A stretch of 64,000 nt of DNA. It comes from an uncultured Smithella sp. GTDB taxonomy: Bacteria > Desulfobacterota > Syntrophia > Syntrophales > Smithellaceae. The translations under genes were made by a program, and so were the position numbers. Below the pieces are notes generated by a model. The model was given only the letters and a program-made list of their open reading frames with translations, did no database searches and was not told the origin of the DNA. The stretch lies in assembly GCA_964469905.1 (NCBI GenBank), contig CAYXZW010000005.1, positions 36,330 to 100,329 of the forward strand, in the 5' to 3' direction. This document shows positions 17,752 to 26,659 of this stretch, in pieces (the first letter of the stretch is position 1; each line of letters begins with the position of its first letter).

Positions 17752-18050
17752 ATTCCGTACTCGATACGGAATCCATTATTATAATGAATGGTTCCCCGCC
17801 TTCGCGGGGACGACGTCTGGATACCGTCCTTCGACGTATGACGACTTTTTGCCGGTTTAATATTTTTGTTATTACAGACAAGTTGCCTTGGCGAGAGAGC
17901 AAAGCGAACGAAGCAATCTCAAAATCTTTTGAAAATACTGGATTCCCGCCTTTGCGGGAAGGACAATGAAGAGATTTTATTTTTGCGTTTTTAGTCTTTA
18001 GTCTTCGGCCTTCAACGGCATTCCCAGGCATGCGCCGGGGTTCCCTTACG
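17752..18050. repeat. Cluster of REP-like hairpins (TTCCCGC-N4-GCGGGAA type and relatives)
   Basis: Hairpins are at 17752-17772 (ATTCCGTA-ctcga-TACGGAAT), 17794-17809 (CCCCGC-cttc-GCGGGG) and 17943-17960 (TTCCCGC-cttt-GCGGGAA). Related hairpins lie at 25551-25568 and 46203-46230. Confidence 0.7.
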
Positions 18051-18052
18051 GT

Positions 18053-18101
18053 CTTCTACCTTCTACCTTCTACCTTCTACCTTCAGCCTTCAGTCTTCAG
18101 C
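18053..18101. repeat. 7-bp tandem repeat, 7 units: (CTTCTAC)x4 (CTTCAGC)(CTTCAGT)(CTTCAGC)
   Basis: Read directly; it ends 10 nt before the stop of the 18112 gene. The CCTTCAG motif also occurs at 28416-28431 and 40291-40330. Confidence 0.9.
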
Positions 18102-18111
18102 CGTATTTAAT

Positions 18112-19041
18112 TTACAACAGTCTCTCGGCCCCCACCGTCTTCACCGTCGTCTTAATTACGCCGGCCGGTTCGCGGACAAAAACAATCATAAAAGGTATCA
18201 TCGCGTTGGGCATAAGCTTGTCGTTGGCATTGTTGCCGCCTTCCGGCCTGGCCAGTTTGGTGATAATGGCCTCTTCCGGCAATGATGTTAATTCTTCATC
18301 GGTCAGAACATTGCCGGCATAGGTATCACGTTCGCCCAGCACCACCGAATAAGCATCAACGATTTCACCTTTGATGACTATCCGCGAAATGGGATAGTCG
18401 GCCTGATTCACCGCCGTACCTTCGACAATACGTATTGGCCCCAGAATATAGTTATTCACCATCCGCTGCCTGATGTCCTGCAACTTGACTTGACTTACAA
18501 CAATCTCGGGGCGGGCAGGCTCTTTGATGCCTATATCAACATATTGATTAACAACTTTCAGCAAACGGTCTCCCATTTGCGGAAAAATATAAATATAAAT
18601 GATTGCCGGTATGACAACAACTGCCGCCAGAATCCAAACGGTAATCGCCAGCACCCTCCAGAAGCCCTTACGCGGAGGCTTATCTGGCTTCTGTTCATCA
18701 TCTTCCACCGCCAGCTCAAAGGCCAGATTACTTGCATCTTCTCTGTTTTCTTCAGCGAATAGCTTTGCTTCCTCCAACCTCAATTCTCTATCCGGGCCGC
18801 TCTTCGCTTTCATGACACCGTCGAGAAAAAGGGCGGCATCTTCATCACTACCGGAACCCGAAGCTCCCGCCGGCATATTTTCCTCTGTCATAAATTGCTG
18901 CGGGCCGCGCTTGACATTCTGCGGGCTGTCCTGAAAGAAAACGTGCTGACAATGGCTGCACCGCATCCATACGCCATCCCCTTCCATCAGAGCATCATCA
19001 AAACGAAATTTCGTCCGGCATTGTCTGCATTGAATGATCAT
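18112..19041 (-). CDS. MJ0042-type zinc-ribbon protein with TM segment and DUF3426-like C-terminal domain
   Basis: 309 aa. It starts MIIQCRQCRTKFRFDD...MRCSHCQHVF (two CxxC pairs), followed by an acidic linker, one TM helix and a C-terminal domain. Confidence 0.7.
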   Translation of the reverse strand: MIIQCRQCRTKFRFDDALMEGDGVWMRCSHCQHVFFQDSPQNVKRGPQQFMTEENMPAGASGSGSDEDAALFLDGVMKAKSGPDRELRLEEAKLFAEENREDASNLAFELAVEDDEQKPDKPPRKGFWRVLAITVWILAAVVVIPAIIYIYIFPQMGDRLLKVVNQYVDIGIKEPARPEIVVSQVKLQDIRQRMVNNYILGPIRIVEGTAVNQADYPISRIVIKGEIVDAYSVVLGERDTYAGNVLTDEELTSLPEEAIITKLARPEGGNNANDKLMPNAMIPFMIVFVREPAGVIKTTVKTVGAERLL

Positions 19042-19058
19042 TCCCTTACCTCTGCCTG

Positions 19059-19583
19059 TTACTGTTTGAGAATATAAACTTCCGGCAAAAATCTTGCCTG
19101 TTCGTCAAAATCAAGTCCATAGCCAACTACAAACACGTCCTCTATGGTAAACCCGACATAATCGGCTTCAAAGGAAACTTTTCTTCTTTTGGGTTTGTCT
19201 AAAAAAGCGCAGACGCGAAGTGTGTGCGGATTTCTTTCTTTCAACCAATTGACCAGATAGGTCAAAGTCAGGCCCGTATCAACAATGTCTTCCACAATCA
19301 GGACATCCCGGCCCTTGATTGATGTTTCGATGTCTTTGGTCAGGACTACTTTACCTGCGCTTGCCTGCCCTGCGCCATAACTGGCTACCCGGACAAAATC
19401 AACCGTACAGGGAATTGCGAGCTCCCGGATTAAGTCAGCCATGAAAATAAACGCGCCCTTAAGAACACCAATAACTATCAATTCACGGCCTTTGTAATCA
19501 ATTGAAATCTGACCGGCCAGCTCCCTGACCCTCTGCTCAATTGCGTCCCGGGAAAAAAGGATTTCTTTGTTCATCTTGTCCAT
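19059..19583 (-). CDS. hpt: Hypoxanthine phosphoribosyltransferase
   Basis: 174 aa with the PRPP motif VLIVEDIVDTGLTL and the conserved GYGLD near the C-terminus. Confidence 0.9.
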   Translation of the reverse strand: MDKMNKEILFSRDAIEQRVRELAGQISIDYKGRELIVIGVLKGAFIFMADLIRELAIPCTVDFVRVASYGAGQASAGKVVLTKDIETSIKGRDVLIVEDIVDTGLTLTYLVNWLKERNPHTLRVCAFLDKPKRRKVSFEADYVGFTIEDVFVVGYGLDFDEQARFLPEVYILKQ

Positions 19584-19649
19584 TAAACAATTCCCTTAGA
19601 TTAATTGGCGATACATTAGCCAAAATATGAGTTCCCTGTCAACAGGAAA

Positions 19650-20462
19650 TCAAAAATACTTCCGGTAGGTGGCGACAAATTGCCTCACATTGCCCATAAC
19701 CAGCTCTTCGGCCGCAGCTATTTCCTGAGCATTGGTGAAAGTGGAGGAAAGGCTCAGGAAGATTTTATTCAGGGGGGAAATAGCACTGCCGAATTTTTCG
19801 TAGTCAATATAACTGATCATGTAATGGGAGCCGTCAAAATAATACTTGCCCAACCGGTTGGTATCTTCCGACCGGAAAGGCCAGTTAATTTTCCAGTGAT
19901 AATACTCCCGGGCAATATTTCTCAGCGCTTCATTTTCAAAAACTTCCGGCTTGAGCTCCTCTCCAATTTTATCAGCGATCAGGCGAAAATAATCAACGAC
20001 CAGATCAATATCCGTCAGGCAAAGACCATAAAGATACCAGTCTTCAATTATTCTGAGTAAAATCTGCGCCTGATTGGCGGGAATAAAATGATGACTCGGA
20101 CAGAGATGCCCGGCACATGTCTCCTGCCCGTAAAAAGAACCGGCGCGCAAATCCAAACCGGAATTCTGCATAGGGTGCAACAAACAGCCGACTTTCTTTT
20201 CCGCCACATCGAGAAAACCAAGATACTCGCAGCAGTAAATCACTTCATATCTTTTCGTACAATCTTCCGCCGCAAGTGTGGCTTCGGCATAGCATTTGAT
20301 GTCGTCTGAATTTTTCACCATACTGCGGAAACGCTCTGTGCGCGCACGCAATCGCCGCGTAAGCGACTCGCGGGAACTGTCCACATAATTGTAAAGGCCG
20401 CAGCAGGCACCACAGGATTTCTGTTCGTCAGGCTGACAAAGAACAACCAAATTATCATTCAT
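19650..20462 (-). CDS. Cys-rich conserved hypothetical protein
   Basis: 270 aa with an N-terminal CGACCG motif plus scattered Cys/His (CCEY, CAGHLCPSHH). There is a loose resemblance to Cys-cluster (YkgJ-like) proteins, unverified. Confidence 0.45.
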   Translation of the reverse strand: MNDNLVVLCQPDEQKSCGACCGLYNYVDSSRESLTRRLRARTERFRSMVKNSDDIKCYAEATLAAEDCTKRYEVIYCCEYLGFLDVAEKKVGCLLHPMQNSGLDLRAGSFYGQETCAGHLCPSHHFIPANQAQILLRIIEDWYLYGLCLTDIDLVVDYFRLIADKIGEELKPEVFENEALRNIAREYYHWKINWPFRSEDTNRLGKYYFDGSHYMISYIDYEKFGSAISPLNKIFLSLSSTFTNAQEIAAAEELVMGNVRQFVATYRKYF

Positions 20463-20521
20463 AATATATTTTGACTTTTCCTTACATTTTTTCAGATTCG
20501 CTATTAATCACGTACAGATCA

Positions 20522-20645
20522 ATACCATTCCGATTTTCCAGGATAACGCGGCGGCAAGGAGGAGGCGCCGGAGGCGTATATGCAAATACGTTGAGGACGC
20601 CGACGACGCAGCCAACAAAGTTAGCCGAAAAAAGCGGGATGGTAT
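20522..20645 (+). repeat. Structured intergenic repeat, copy C
   Basis: Arms are ATACCATTCCGATTTTC / GAAAAAAGCGGGATGGTAT. The core at 20571-20591 is GAGGCGTAT-atgcaa-ATACGT followed by TGAGGACGCCGACGAC. Confidence 0.8.
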
Positions 20646-20651
20646 AGTCCG

Positions 20652-21509
20652 TCACTCAAAGACGATGGTCTTCGCCCCGTACACCAGTATTTTATTCTCC
20701 AGATGCAGGCGCAAAGCGCGCGCAAGCACTATTCTTTCCAGATCTCTGCCTTTGGTTTGAATGTCGGCAATTGTATCGCGATGACTGATTTTAATTACAT
20801 CCTGTGCAATAATCGGTCCTTCATCAAGAGTTTCCGTTACATAATGTCCGGTAGCACCGATAATCTTCACGCCCCGGTCATAGGCCTGCTGATAGGGATT
20901 TCCCCCGGCAAAAGCCGGCAAAAAAGAATGATGAATATTGATGATCTTATGGGGATAAACCTTAAGAAATTTTCCGGTCAGGATTTGCATGTAGCGCGCC
21001 AGTACAATCAGGTCTATCTTCATCTCCTGCAACAGCTGAATCTCGAGCTTTTCTAGCCTCGCCTTATTTTGCGCCGTAACAGGAAAATGAAAGAATTTCA
21101 GTCCTAATTGTTCCACCGACTCGCGGGCATCAAGATGATTGCTGATTACCAGGGGTATTTTAACGTTAAATTCACCCAGCCGATGCCGTAAAATCAAATC
21201 ATGCAGACAATGGGGATGTTTGGATACGAAAACAGCCATCCGGGGCACATAATCGGTAAAGTGCAACTCCCATTTCATGGCAAACTGGGCGGCAAGCTCA
21301 GCAAATGCCACCGGAATTTCCTCGCGGCCAAGCGAAAAGCCTTGCAGTTCCCACTCAATCCGCATAAAAAATATTTTTCCTCTCTTGGAGGTGTGCTGGT
21401 CGGCATGAACTATATTGCCGTTGTTCTGAAAGATGAAATTGGATAATCTGGCTACAAGACCTTTACGATCCGGACAGGACAAAAGCAAAATCGCGTGAAC
21501 ATCACTCAT
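20652..21509 (-). CDS. purU: Formyltetrahydrofolate deformylase
   Basis: 285 aa with an ACT-like N-terminus (LLLSCPDRKGLVA) and a formyltransferase domain (INIHHSFLPAFAG). Confidence 0.9.
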   Translation of the reverse strand: MSDVHAILLLSCPDRKGLVARLSNFIFQNNGNIVHADQHTSKRGKIFFMRIEWELQGFSLGREEIPVAFAELAAQFAMKWELHFTDYVPRMAVFVSKHPHCLHDLILRHRLGEFNVKIPLVISNHLDARESVEQLGLKFFHFPVTAQNKARLEKLEIQLLQEMKIDLIVLARYMQILTGKFLKVYPHKIINIHHSFLPAFAGGNPYQQAYDRGVKIIGATGHYVTETLDEGPIIAQDVIKISHRDTIADIQTKGRDLERIVLARALRLHLENKILVYGAKTIVFE

Positions 21510-21590
21510 ATTATGGCCTTATTTTCACTGGTTAATATCTCTTTCTTGATTTATAGAAGGATTAAGTTTGCAGGTCAAGCTTAAAAATGC

Positions 21591-21739
21591 TAATAACAGC
21601 CCGCTTTCCTTGTCTAACTTCGTTGGCACAGCCTGCCCCGGTGCAGGCCGGGGTCGTCGGCTTCCTCAACGTATTGATAATACGCTTACGGAGCGTCCTC
21701 CTTGCTGCCTCGTTATCCTTTGAAAGCGGGCTGGTATAA
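21591..21739 (-). repeat. Structured intergenic repeat, copy E (inverted orientation)
   Basis: Arms are CAGCCCGCTTTC (21598-21609) / GAAAGCGGGCTG (21722-21733). The core is at 21669-21685. A 45-nt module at 21625-21669 differs by 1 nt from copy D. Confidence 0.8.
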
Positions 21740-21779
21740 AACCAAGCCACCTGTTAAGACAAGTGGAGACTGGAAACAA

Positions 21780-22172
21780 ATGAAATCAATTGAGGAAATA
21801 GTTCTTCCCAACGGGCTGAAGTTAAACATTTTCGATTTGTCGCGGGAGATTGCCGCCAATACGGTAAAAGTTGAAATAGCTTTTAAAATCGACATCAGCT
21901 TGAAGGAATCTTTCTTCTTAACGCCGGCTGATTATCAGCAGGTAAAAAAACACTTCGGCGATAAGCTTGCTTACGAACGTACAATGGAAAGAGCGTACAT
22001 GAAGAAAGAAAAAGGAGCTGAGGTCCGCGACGAATTGATTAATAACTTTAAAAATAATTCACTCTCTTACGTCGGCGTGGATAATTTTGCCGAAAAGTTT
22101 GCTCTATCGCTGCTCAAAGACATCAAAAAAAATCCTTACAAGTATCAATGCAAAGCAGATAACCAAACATGA
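21780..22172 (+). CDS. Hypothetical protein (130 aa), translationally coupled to the radical SAM gene
   Basis: The track ORF starts at TTG 21702 inside repeat E. ATG 21780 (MKSIEEIVLP...) follows GTGGAGA. Its stop overlaps the next start (ATGA at 22169-22172). Confidence 0.5.
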   Translation: MKSIEEIVLPNGLKLNIFDLSREIAANTVKVEIAFKIDISLKESFFLTPADYQQVKKHFGDKLAYERTMERAYMKKEKGAEVRDELINNFKNNSLSYVGVDNFAEKFALSLLKDIKKNPYKYQCKADNQT

Positions 22173-24652
22173 ACAACTATAAATTTGACGAATTATTACT
22201 TGCCGCCGACAAGCCCAGCCGCTACATTGGCGCCGAAGTAAATTCCGTTTATAAAGACAATGCCCAAGTAAATTTTCTTCTCGCCTTTCCCGACACATAC
22301 GAAGTCGGCATGTCGCACCTGGGAATCAAGATTCTCTATGAAATATTAAACGCCATTCCCTATGTGTCCGCGCAAAGGTGTTTTGCTCCCTGGCCGGACC
22401 GTGAGAAACAACTGCGGCAAGGCAACCTGTCCCTGACTTCATTGGAAGCACAAATGCCTATTGCGGATTTTGATATTGTCGGATTCTCCCTTCAATATGA
22501 ATTGTCTTACACCAATGTATTGAACATGCTGGAGTTGGGCGGTGTGCCACTCCGCTGCAGTGATCGTCTTGATAGTCATCCGGTGATAATTGCGGGAGGT
22601 CCCTGTTGCTTTAATCCGGCGCCATTGATTGATTTTATTGACGCCTTTGTTATCGGGGAAGGCGAAGAGGTTGTCGGAGAAATTACCGCCCTCATCCGGA
22701 ACTGCAAGCAAAACAAGGTCTCCCGACAGGAATCGATCAGGCAACTGGCGCAAATTCCCGGCATTTATGTTCCCGCTGTACACATTAACAATACCGTCAT
22801 TAAAAAAAGAACGGGCGTTGACCTCAATGCATGGCTTTATCCGGCTGCACCCGTTGTCCCCTTAATGCAAACAGTCCATGACCGCATTATCCTGGAAATA
22901 GCCCGCGGTTGTACCCGCGGCTGCCGCTTCTGCCAGGCGGGAATGATCTGGCGGCCTTACCGGGAAAGAAACTCGTCTGCCCTCAAAGAGATGGCCGAAA
23001 AATTACTGGCCTCCACAGGTCATGATGAAATATCGCTTTTAGCTTTAAGCTCCGGTGATTACAGCTGCCTGGAACCTCTACTGAAAGACCTGATGAACAA
23101 GTACTGTGCCCAGCGTGTAGCCCTTGCTCTGCCTTCTTTGCGGGTAGAATCACTGACCGGCACATTGATTGAGGAAATCAAACGGACCCGCAAAACAAGC
23201 TTTACACTGGCCCCGGAAGCCGGTACGGACAAAATGCGCCTGGTCATCAACAAAGGAAATACGGCGGATGATCTGCTCGCCACAGTGGACAAGGTTTTTG
23301 CCGCCGGCTGGAAATCAATCAAGCTCTATTTCATGATCGGGCTACCGCAGGAGACCGAGGAAGATGTGGAAGGAATTATCGAACTGGCCTATCAGGCATT
23401 GCGGGCAGCAAAAAACCGCGGCCAGGTAACCGTCAGCCTTTCCACATTTGTTCCCAAACCACATACGCCGTTCCAATGGCACCGTCAGATTTCACTTGCC
23501 GAAACATATGCCAGGCAGGAGCATATCCGCCAGCGCATCCGTAACCGCAACCTCAGTGTGAAATGGCATGATGGCCGGATGAGTATGCTCGAAGGATTAT
23601 TTTCCCGGGGTGATGGAAAACTCGGTGGGCTATTAGAGACGGCATTTCGCAAGGGGTGCCGTTTTGACGGCTGGACAGATCTGTTCAATTTCCACTTATG
23701 GCAGGAAGCGCTCGCCGAGACCGGAATCAACCCGGATCATTATACACGCGAAAGGGATACGAAGGAAATATTGCCCTGGGATAATATTGACTGCGGTGTA
23801 AGCCGCGAATTTCTGCTGGAAGAACTGGTCAAGGCTACCGGTGGTGTGATTACTGCCGATTGCCGTACAGCCGACTGCCAGCAATGCGGTGTTTGTGATT
23901 TTACAACCATAAAAAATACGTTTTCCACAACTGCTGACAACATTGACCAGTCGGCATTTGCATCCAGTCGTCCATCTTCCAGTCTCCCGAACATTGACAA
24001 ACATTATCGTATCACTTTTACCAAAGCCGGCCGGGCGCGTTTCCTTTCCCATCTGGAATTATCTTCTGCTTTAATTCGCTCCCTGCGCCGCAGCAGCCTG
24101 TCTTTATGCTATTCCGCAGGCTTCCATCCTCATCCGAAAATATCGTTTGCTACGGCAACCTCTGTCGGCATGGAAAGCCTTCAGGAGTTCGCCGATGTAA
24201 CCGCTCAAAAATATTCGGCGGATTTATCATTGCTAAAACAGGAAATTAACAGCGCACTGCCCGATGGCGTAAAAGTACTGGAAATCCGAGAGCTTGCATT
24301 TGCCGAAAAAGATCTGGCCCAGGCACTGAAGGGATTTTCCTACGAACTGCATCTCTCCGGCAATATTGATTCTGCACATTTAGAAACATTGGCGGATAAT
24401 ATTAAAAATTTTCTGGCCGCACCGGCATTTATAATTGAACGCAAGTCGAAGGGGAAAAACATTTCGAAAGATATCCGTCCTTTTGTAGAGGAAATGACTC
24501 TGAACTTTGCAGAAAGGAAGGTGTCTTTAACCATTCGTCATTCCCAGCAGGGAGCGGCCAGGCCGCAGGATATAATTGGGCATGTTCTGGCCGGAAAAGA
24601 AGAAGAAAACAATAAAATTCGGGTTGTTAAAACAATGACCATGCTTAACTAA
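22169..24652 (+). CDS. B12-binding-domain radical SAM protein fused to a radical-SAM-linked (DUF2344-type) domain
   Basis: 827 aa with the CTRGCRFCQAG (CxxxCxxC) motif. The C-terminal ~230 aa (HYRITFTKAGRARFLSHLE...) resembles the separate 'radical SAM-linked protein' of other genomes (TIGR03960/TIGR03936, from memory). Confidence 0.75.
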   Translation: MNNYKFDELLLAADKPSRYIGAEVNSVYKDNAQVNFLLAFPDTYEVGMSHLGIKILYEILNAIPYVSAQRCFAPWPDREKQLRQGNLSLTSLEAQMPIADFDIVGFSLQYELSYTNVLNMLELGGVPLRCSDRLDSHPVIIAGGPCCFNPAPLIDFIDAFVIGEGEEVVGEITALIRNCKQNKVSRQESIRQLAQIPGIYVPAVHINNTVIKKRTGVDLNAWLYPAAPVVPLMQTVHDRIILEIARGCTRGCRFCQAGMIWRPYRERNSSALKEMAEKLLASTGHDEISLLALSSGDYSCLEPLLKDLMNKYCAQRVALALPSLRVESLTGTLIEEIKRTRKTSFTLAPEAGTDKMRLVINKGNTADDLLATVDKVFAAGWKSIKLYFMIGLPQETEEDVEGIIELAYQALRAAKNRGQVTVSLSTFVPKPHTPFQWHRQISLAETYARQEHIRQRIRNRNLSVKWHDGRMSMLEGLFSRGDGKLGGLLETAFRKGCRFDGWTDLFNFHLWQEALAETGINPDHYTRERDTKEILPWDNIDCGVSREFLLEELVKATGGVITADCRTADCQQCGVCDFTTIKNTFSTTADNIDQSAFASSRPSSSLPNIDKHYRITFTKAGRARFLSHLELSSALIRSLRRSSLSLCYSAGFHPHPKISFATATSVGMESLQEFADVTAQKYSADLSLLKQEINSALPDGVKVLEIRELAFAEKDLAQALKGFSYELHLSGNIDSAHLETLADNIKNFLAAPAFIIERKSKGKNISKDIRPFVEEMTLNFAERKVSLTIRHSQQGAARPQDIIGHVLAGKEEENNKIRVVKTMTMLN

Positions 24653-24733
24653 CAATATTATCCCCGTTATTTCAGCGGCTTATCCATCAGGCGGCAAATA
24701 TTTAAAAAAAATTGCCCTGAAAGCTAAATCTTA

Positions 24734-24762
24734 TTGACAAACAAGCACAAATTAACTATAAG
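24734..24762 (+). promoter_or_regulatory. Sigma70-type promoter for rplU-rpmA (TTGACA-N17-TATAAG)
   Basis: -35 is at 24734-24739 and -10 at 24757-24762, 34 nt upstream of the rplU ATG. Confidence 0.6.
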
Positions 24763-24795
24763 CTTCGATCTTAATTACAATATAAGGATAAGCGT

Positions 24796-25107
24796 ATGTA
24801 TGCAGTAATAAAAACAGGCGGAAAACAGCACAAAGTAAGCGAAGGTGATGTTTTATCCATAGAAAAGCTGGTCGGTGATAAGGGCGCTGAAGTCGTTTTT
24901 AACGAAGTCCTGATGGTTGCCGACGAAAAAAACGTTAAAGTAGGCAAACCTTTTGTAGAAGGCGCCTCGGTGACCTGTGAAATCGTCACTCAGAAGAAGG
25001 GGCCAAAAATCCATGTCTACCATATGACGCGACGCAAGGGCTTTCACAAGAAAACCGGACATCGCCAGAATTTAACCAGCATGAAAATTAAAAAGATTAC
25101 GATATAA
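24796..25107 (+). CDS. rplU: 50S ribosomal protein L21
   Basis: 103 aa starting [18 protein letters not shown]. Confidence 0.97.
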   Translation: MYAVIKTGGKQHKVSEGDVLSIEKLVGDKGAEVVFNEVLMVADEKNVKVGKPFVEGASVTCEIVTQKKGPKIHVYHMTRRKGFHKKTGHRQNLTSMKIKKITI

Positions 25108-25119
25108 GCGGAGGAAGTC

Positions 25120-25374
25120 ATGGCACATAAAAAAGGCCAGGGGAGCTCTCGCAACGGTAGAGACAGCAATTCCCAGAGGCGTGGAGTTAAAGTATTCGGC
25201 GGCCAGAAGATTAATGCCGGATCGATTATAGTGAGGCAGGTAGGAACGAAAATTCATCCGGGTAACAATGTCGGATTAGGAAAAGATTTTACTATTTTTT
25301 CTTTGATTAACGGAATAGTCAAATTCGAAAGACTCGATAAGACCAGAAAAAAAGTAAGTGTTTACGCCGCTTAG
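25120..25374 (+). CDS. rpmA: 50S ribosomal protein L27
   Basis: 84 aa starting [24 protein letters not shown]. Confidence 0.97.
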   Translation: MAHKKGQGSSRNGRDSNSQRRGVKVFGGQKINAGSIIVRQVGTKIHPGNNVGLGKDFTIFSLINGIVKFERLDKTRKKVSVYAA

Positions 25375-25399
25375 AACTTAACAATAATATTACGATTAC

Positions 25400-25428
25400 A
25401 AAAGGCGCTTGTTTTAAGCGCCTTTTTT
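25400..25428 (+). terminator. Rho-independent terminator after rpmA
   Basis: Stem AAGGCGCTT / AAGCGCCTT followed by TTTTTT. Confidence 0.8.
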
Positions 25429-25439
25429 AATGAGGCTCC

Positions 25440-25600
25440 AATTATACAAGCGTAGCGCAATAGAATTGGCCAGCCGAATTATCCAGCATAGCTGTGGTAA
25501 TGAGACTCGCTAAAAACGAGTGAAGCGAAGTTTGAAGCGTGAGTCGAGTTATCCCGCGCATGCGGGATTGTGGCAATGATATTCCAAATTAAATTTCTAT
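25440..25600. repeat. REP-like composite intergenic block between rpmA and obg
   Basis: Hairpins are ACTCG-ctaaaaa-CGAGT and ATCCCGC-gcat-GCGGGAT (25551-25568). It shares AGCGTAGCGCA with 12583-12760. Confidence 0.35.
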
Positions 25601-25630
25601 TACAGCAGAAAATATTTTCGGGCAATAATC

Positions 25631-26632
25631 ATGAAATTTGTTGATGAAGCAAAAATTTTCATCAAGGCGGGGCACGGCGGACCAGGTTGTGTGAGCTTCC
25701 GCAGAGAGAAGTTTGTGCCGCGTGGCGGTCCTGACGGCGGCGAAGGCGGCAAGGGCGGCGATGTATTTTTTCGCGCCGCAGAAAGCCATCGCACTTTACT
25801 GGATTTAAAATATCAGCAGCAGTATCTGGCCAAAAACGGCAGCCACGGTTCGGGAAACAACCGCAGCGGAAAAAGTGCTGAAGACCTGGAAATTGCGGTA
25901 CCCGTGGGCACAGTCGTCAAAGATTTCGAAACTCAGGAGATCCTTGCCGATTTATCAGTGAATGGACAAACTTTCATAATCGGTTATGGCGGTATCGGTG
26001 GCAAAGGCAATTCTCATTTTGCCTCATCTACCCATCAAACACCGCGCTTTGCCCAGGACGGCATGCCCGGAGATGAACGCTGGCTCAAACTGGAGCTCAA
26101 ACTGCTGGCCGATGTCGGCATTGTGGGCTTTCCCAATTCCGGAAAATCAACCTTCATATCACGCGTTTCCGCAGCTCGTCCCAAGATTGCCGATTATCCT
26201 TTTACCACACTGACTCCGCATCTGGGCGTGGTTAAACATCGCGACAGCAATAGTTTCGTTATGGCCGATATTCCCGGCCTGATCCCCGGCGCTCATGAAG
26301 GCCACGGCATGGGTATCCAATTTTTAAAACATGTGGAAAGAACATCACTCCTGCTCCACATCATTGATATTTCCCTGGAGCCGGACAACAATGCGCTGGC
26401 CAATTATAAGGCGATTAACAAGGAACTGGGGTTTTACAATCCCCAACTGCTGGAAAAGCCGCAAATAGTGGCTATCAACAAGATTGATCTGCCCCATGTT
26501 AAAGACCAGATCAAAAAAGATGTTGCGCGATTCAAGAAAAAAGGCATAGTATTGTATCCGTTTTCCGCTGCAACCGGCGAAGGAATAACGGAAATATTAA
26601 ATAAAATAATTGAGAAATTAAGCCAGACTTAA
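25631..26632 (+). CDS. obg: GTPase Obg/CgtA
   Basis: 333 aa with a Gly-rich Obg fold (GGPDGGEGGKGGDV) and G1 motif GFPNSGKST. Confidence 0.95.
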   Translation: MKFVDEAKIFIKAGHGGPGCVSFRREKFVPRGGPDGGEGGKGGDVFFRAAESHRTLLDLKYQQQYLAKNGSHGSGNNRSGKSAEDLEIAVPVGTVVKDFETQEILADLSVNGQTFIIGYGGIGGKGNSHFASSTHQTPRFAQDGMPGDERWLKLELKLLADVGIVGFPNSGKSTFISRVSAARPKIADYPFTTLTPHLGVVKHRDSNSFVMADIPGLIPGAHEGHGMGIQFLKHVERTSLLLHIIDISLEPDNNALANYKAINKELGFYNPQLLEKPQIVAINKIDLPHVKDQIKKDVARFKKKGIVLYPFSAATGEGITEILNKIIEKLSQT

Positions 26633-26659
26633 TGAACTTATAAAAAGTCGAAGATTAAA

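Noticed and set aside
18053-18101. Checked whether the tandem repeat could be a CRISPR array or part of one.
   Set aside because: The period is only 7 bp with no spacers, and no cas genes are nearby. It is a microsatellite. No CRISPR array was seen anywhere in the window.
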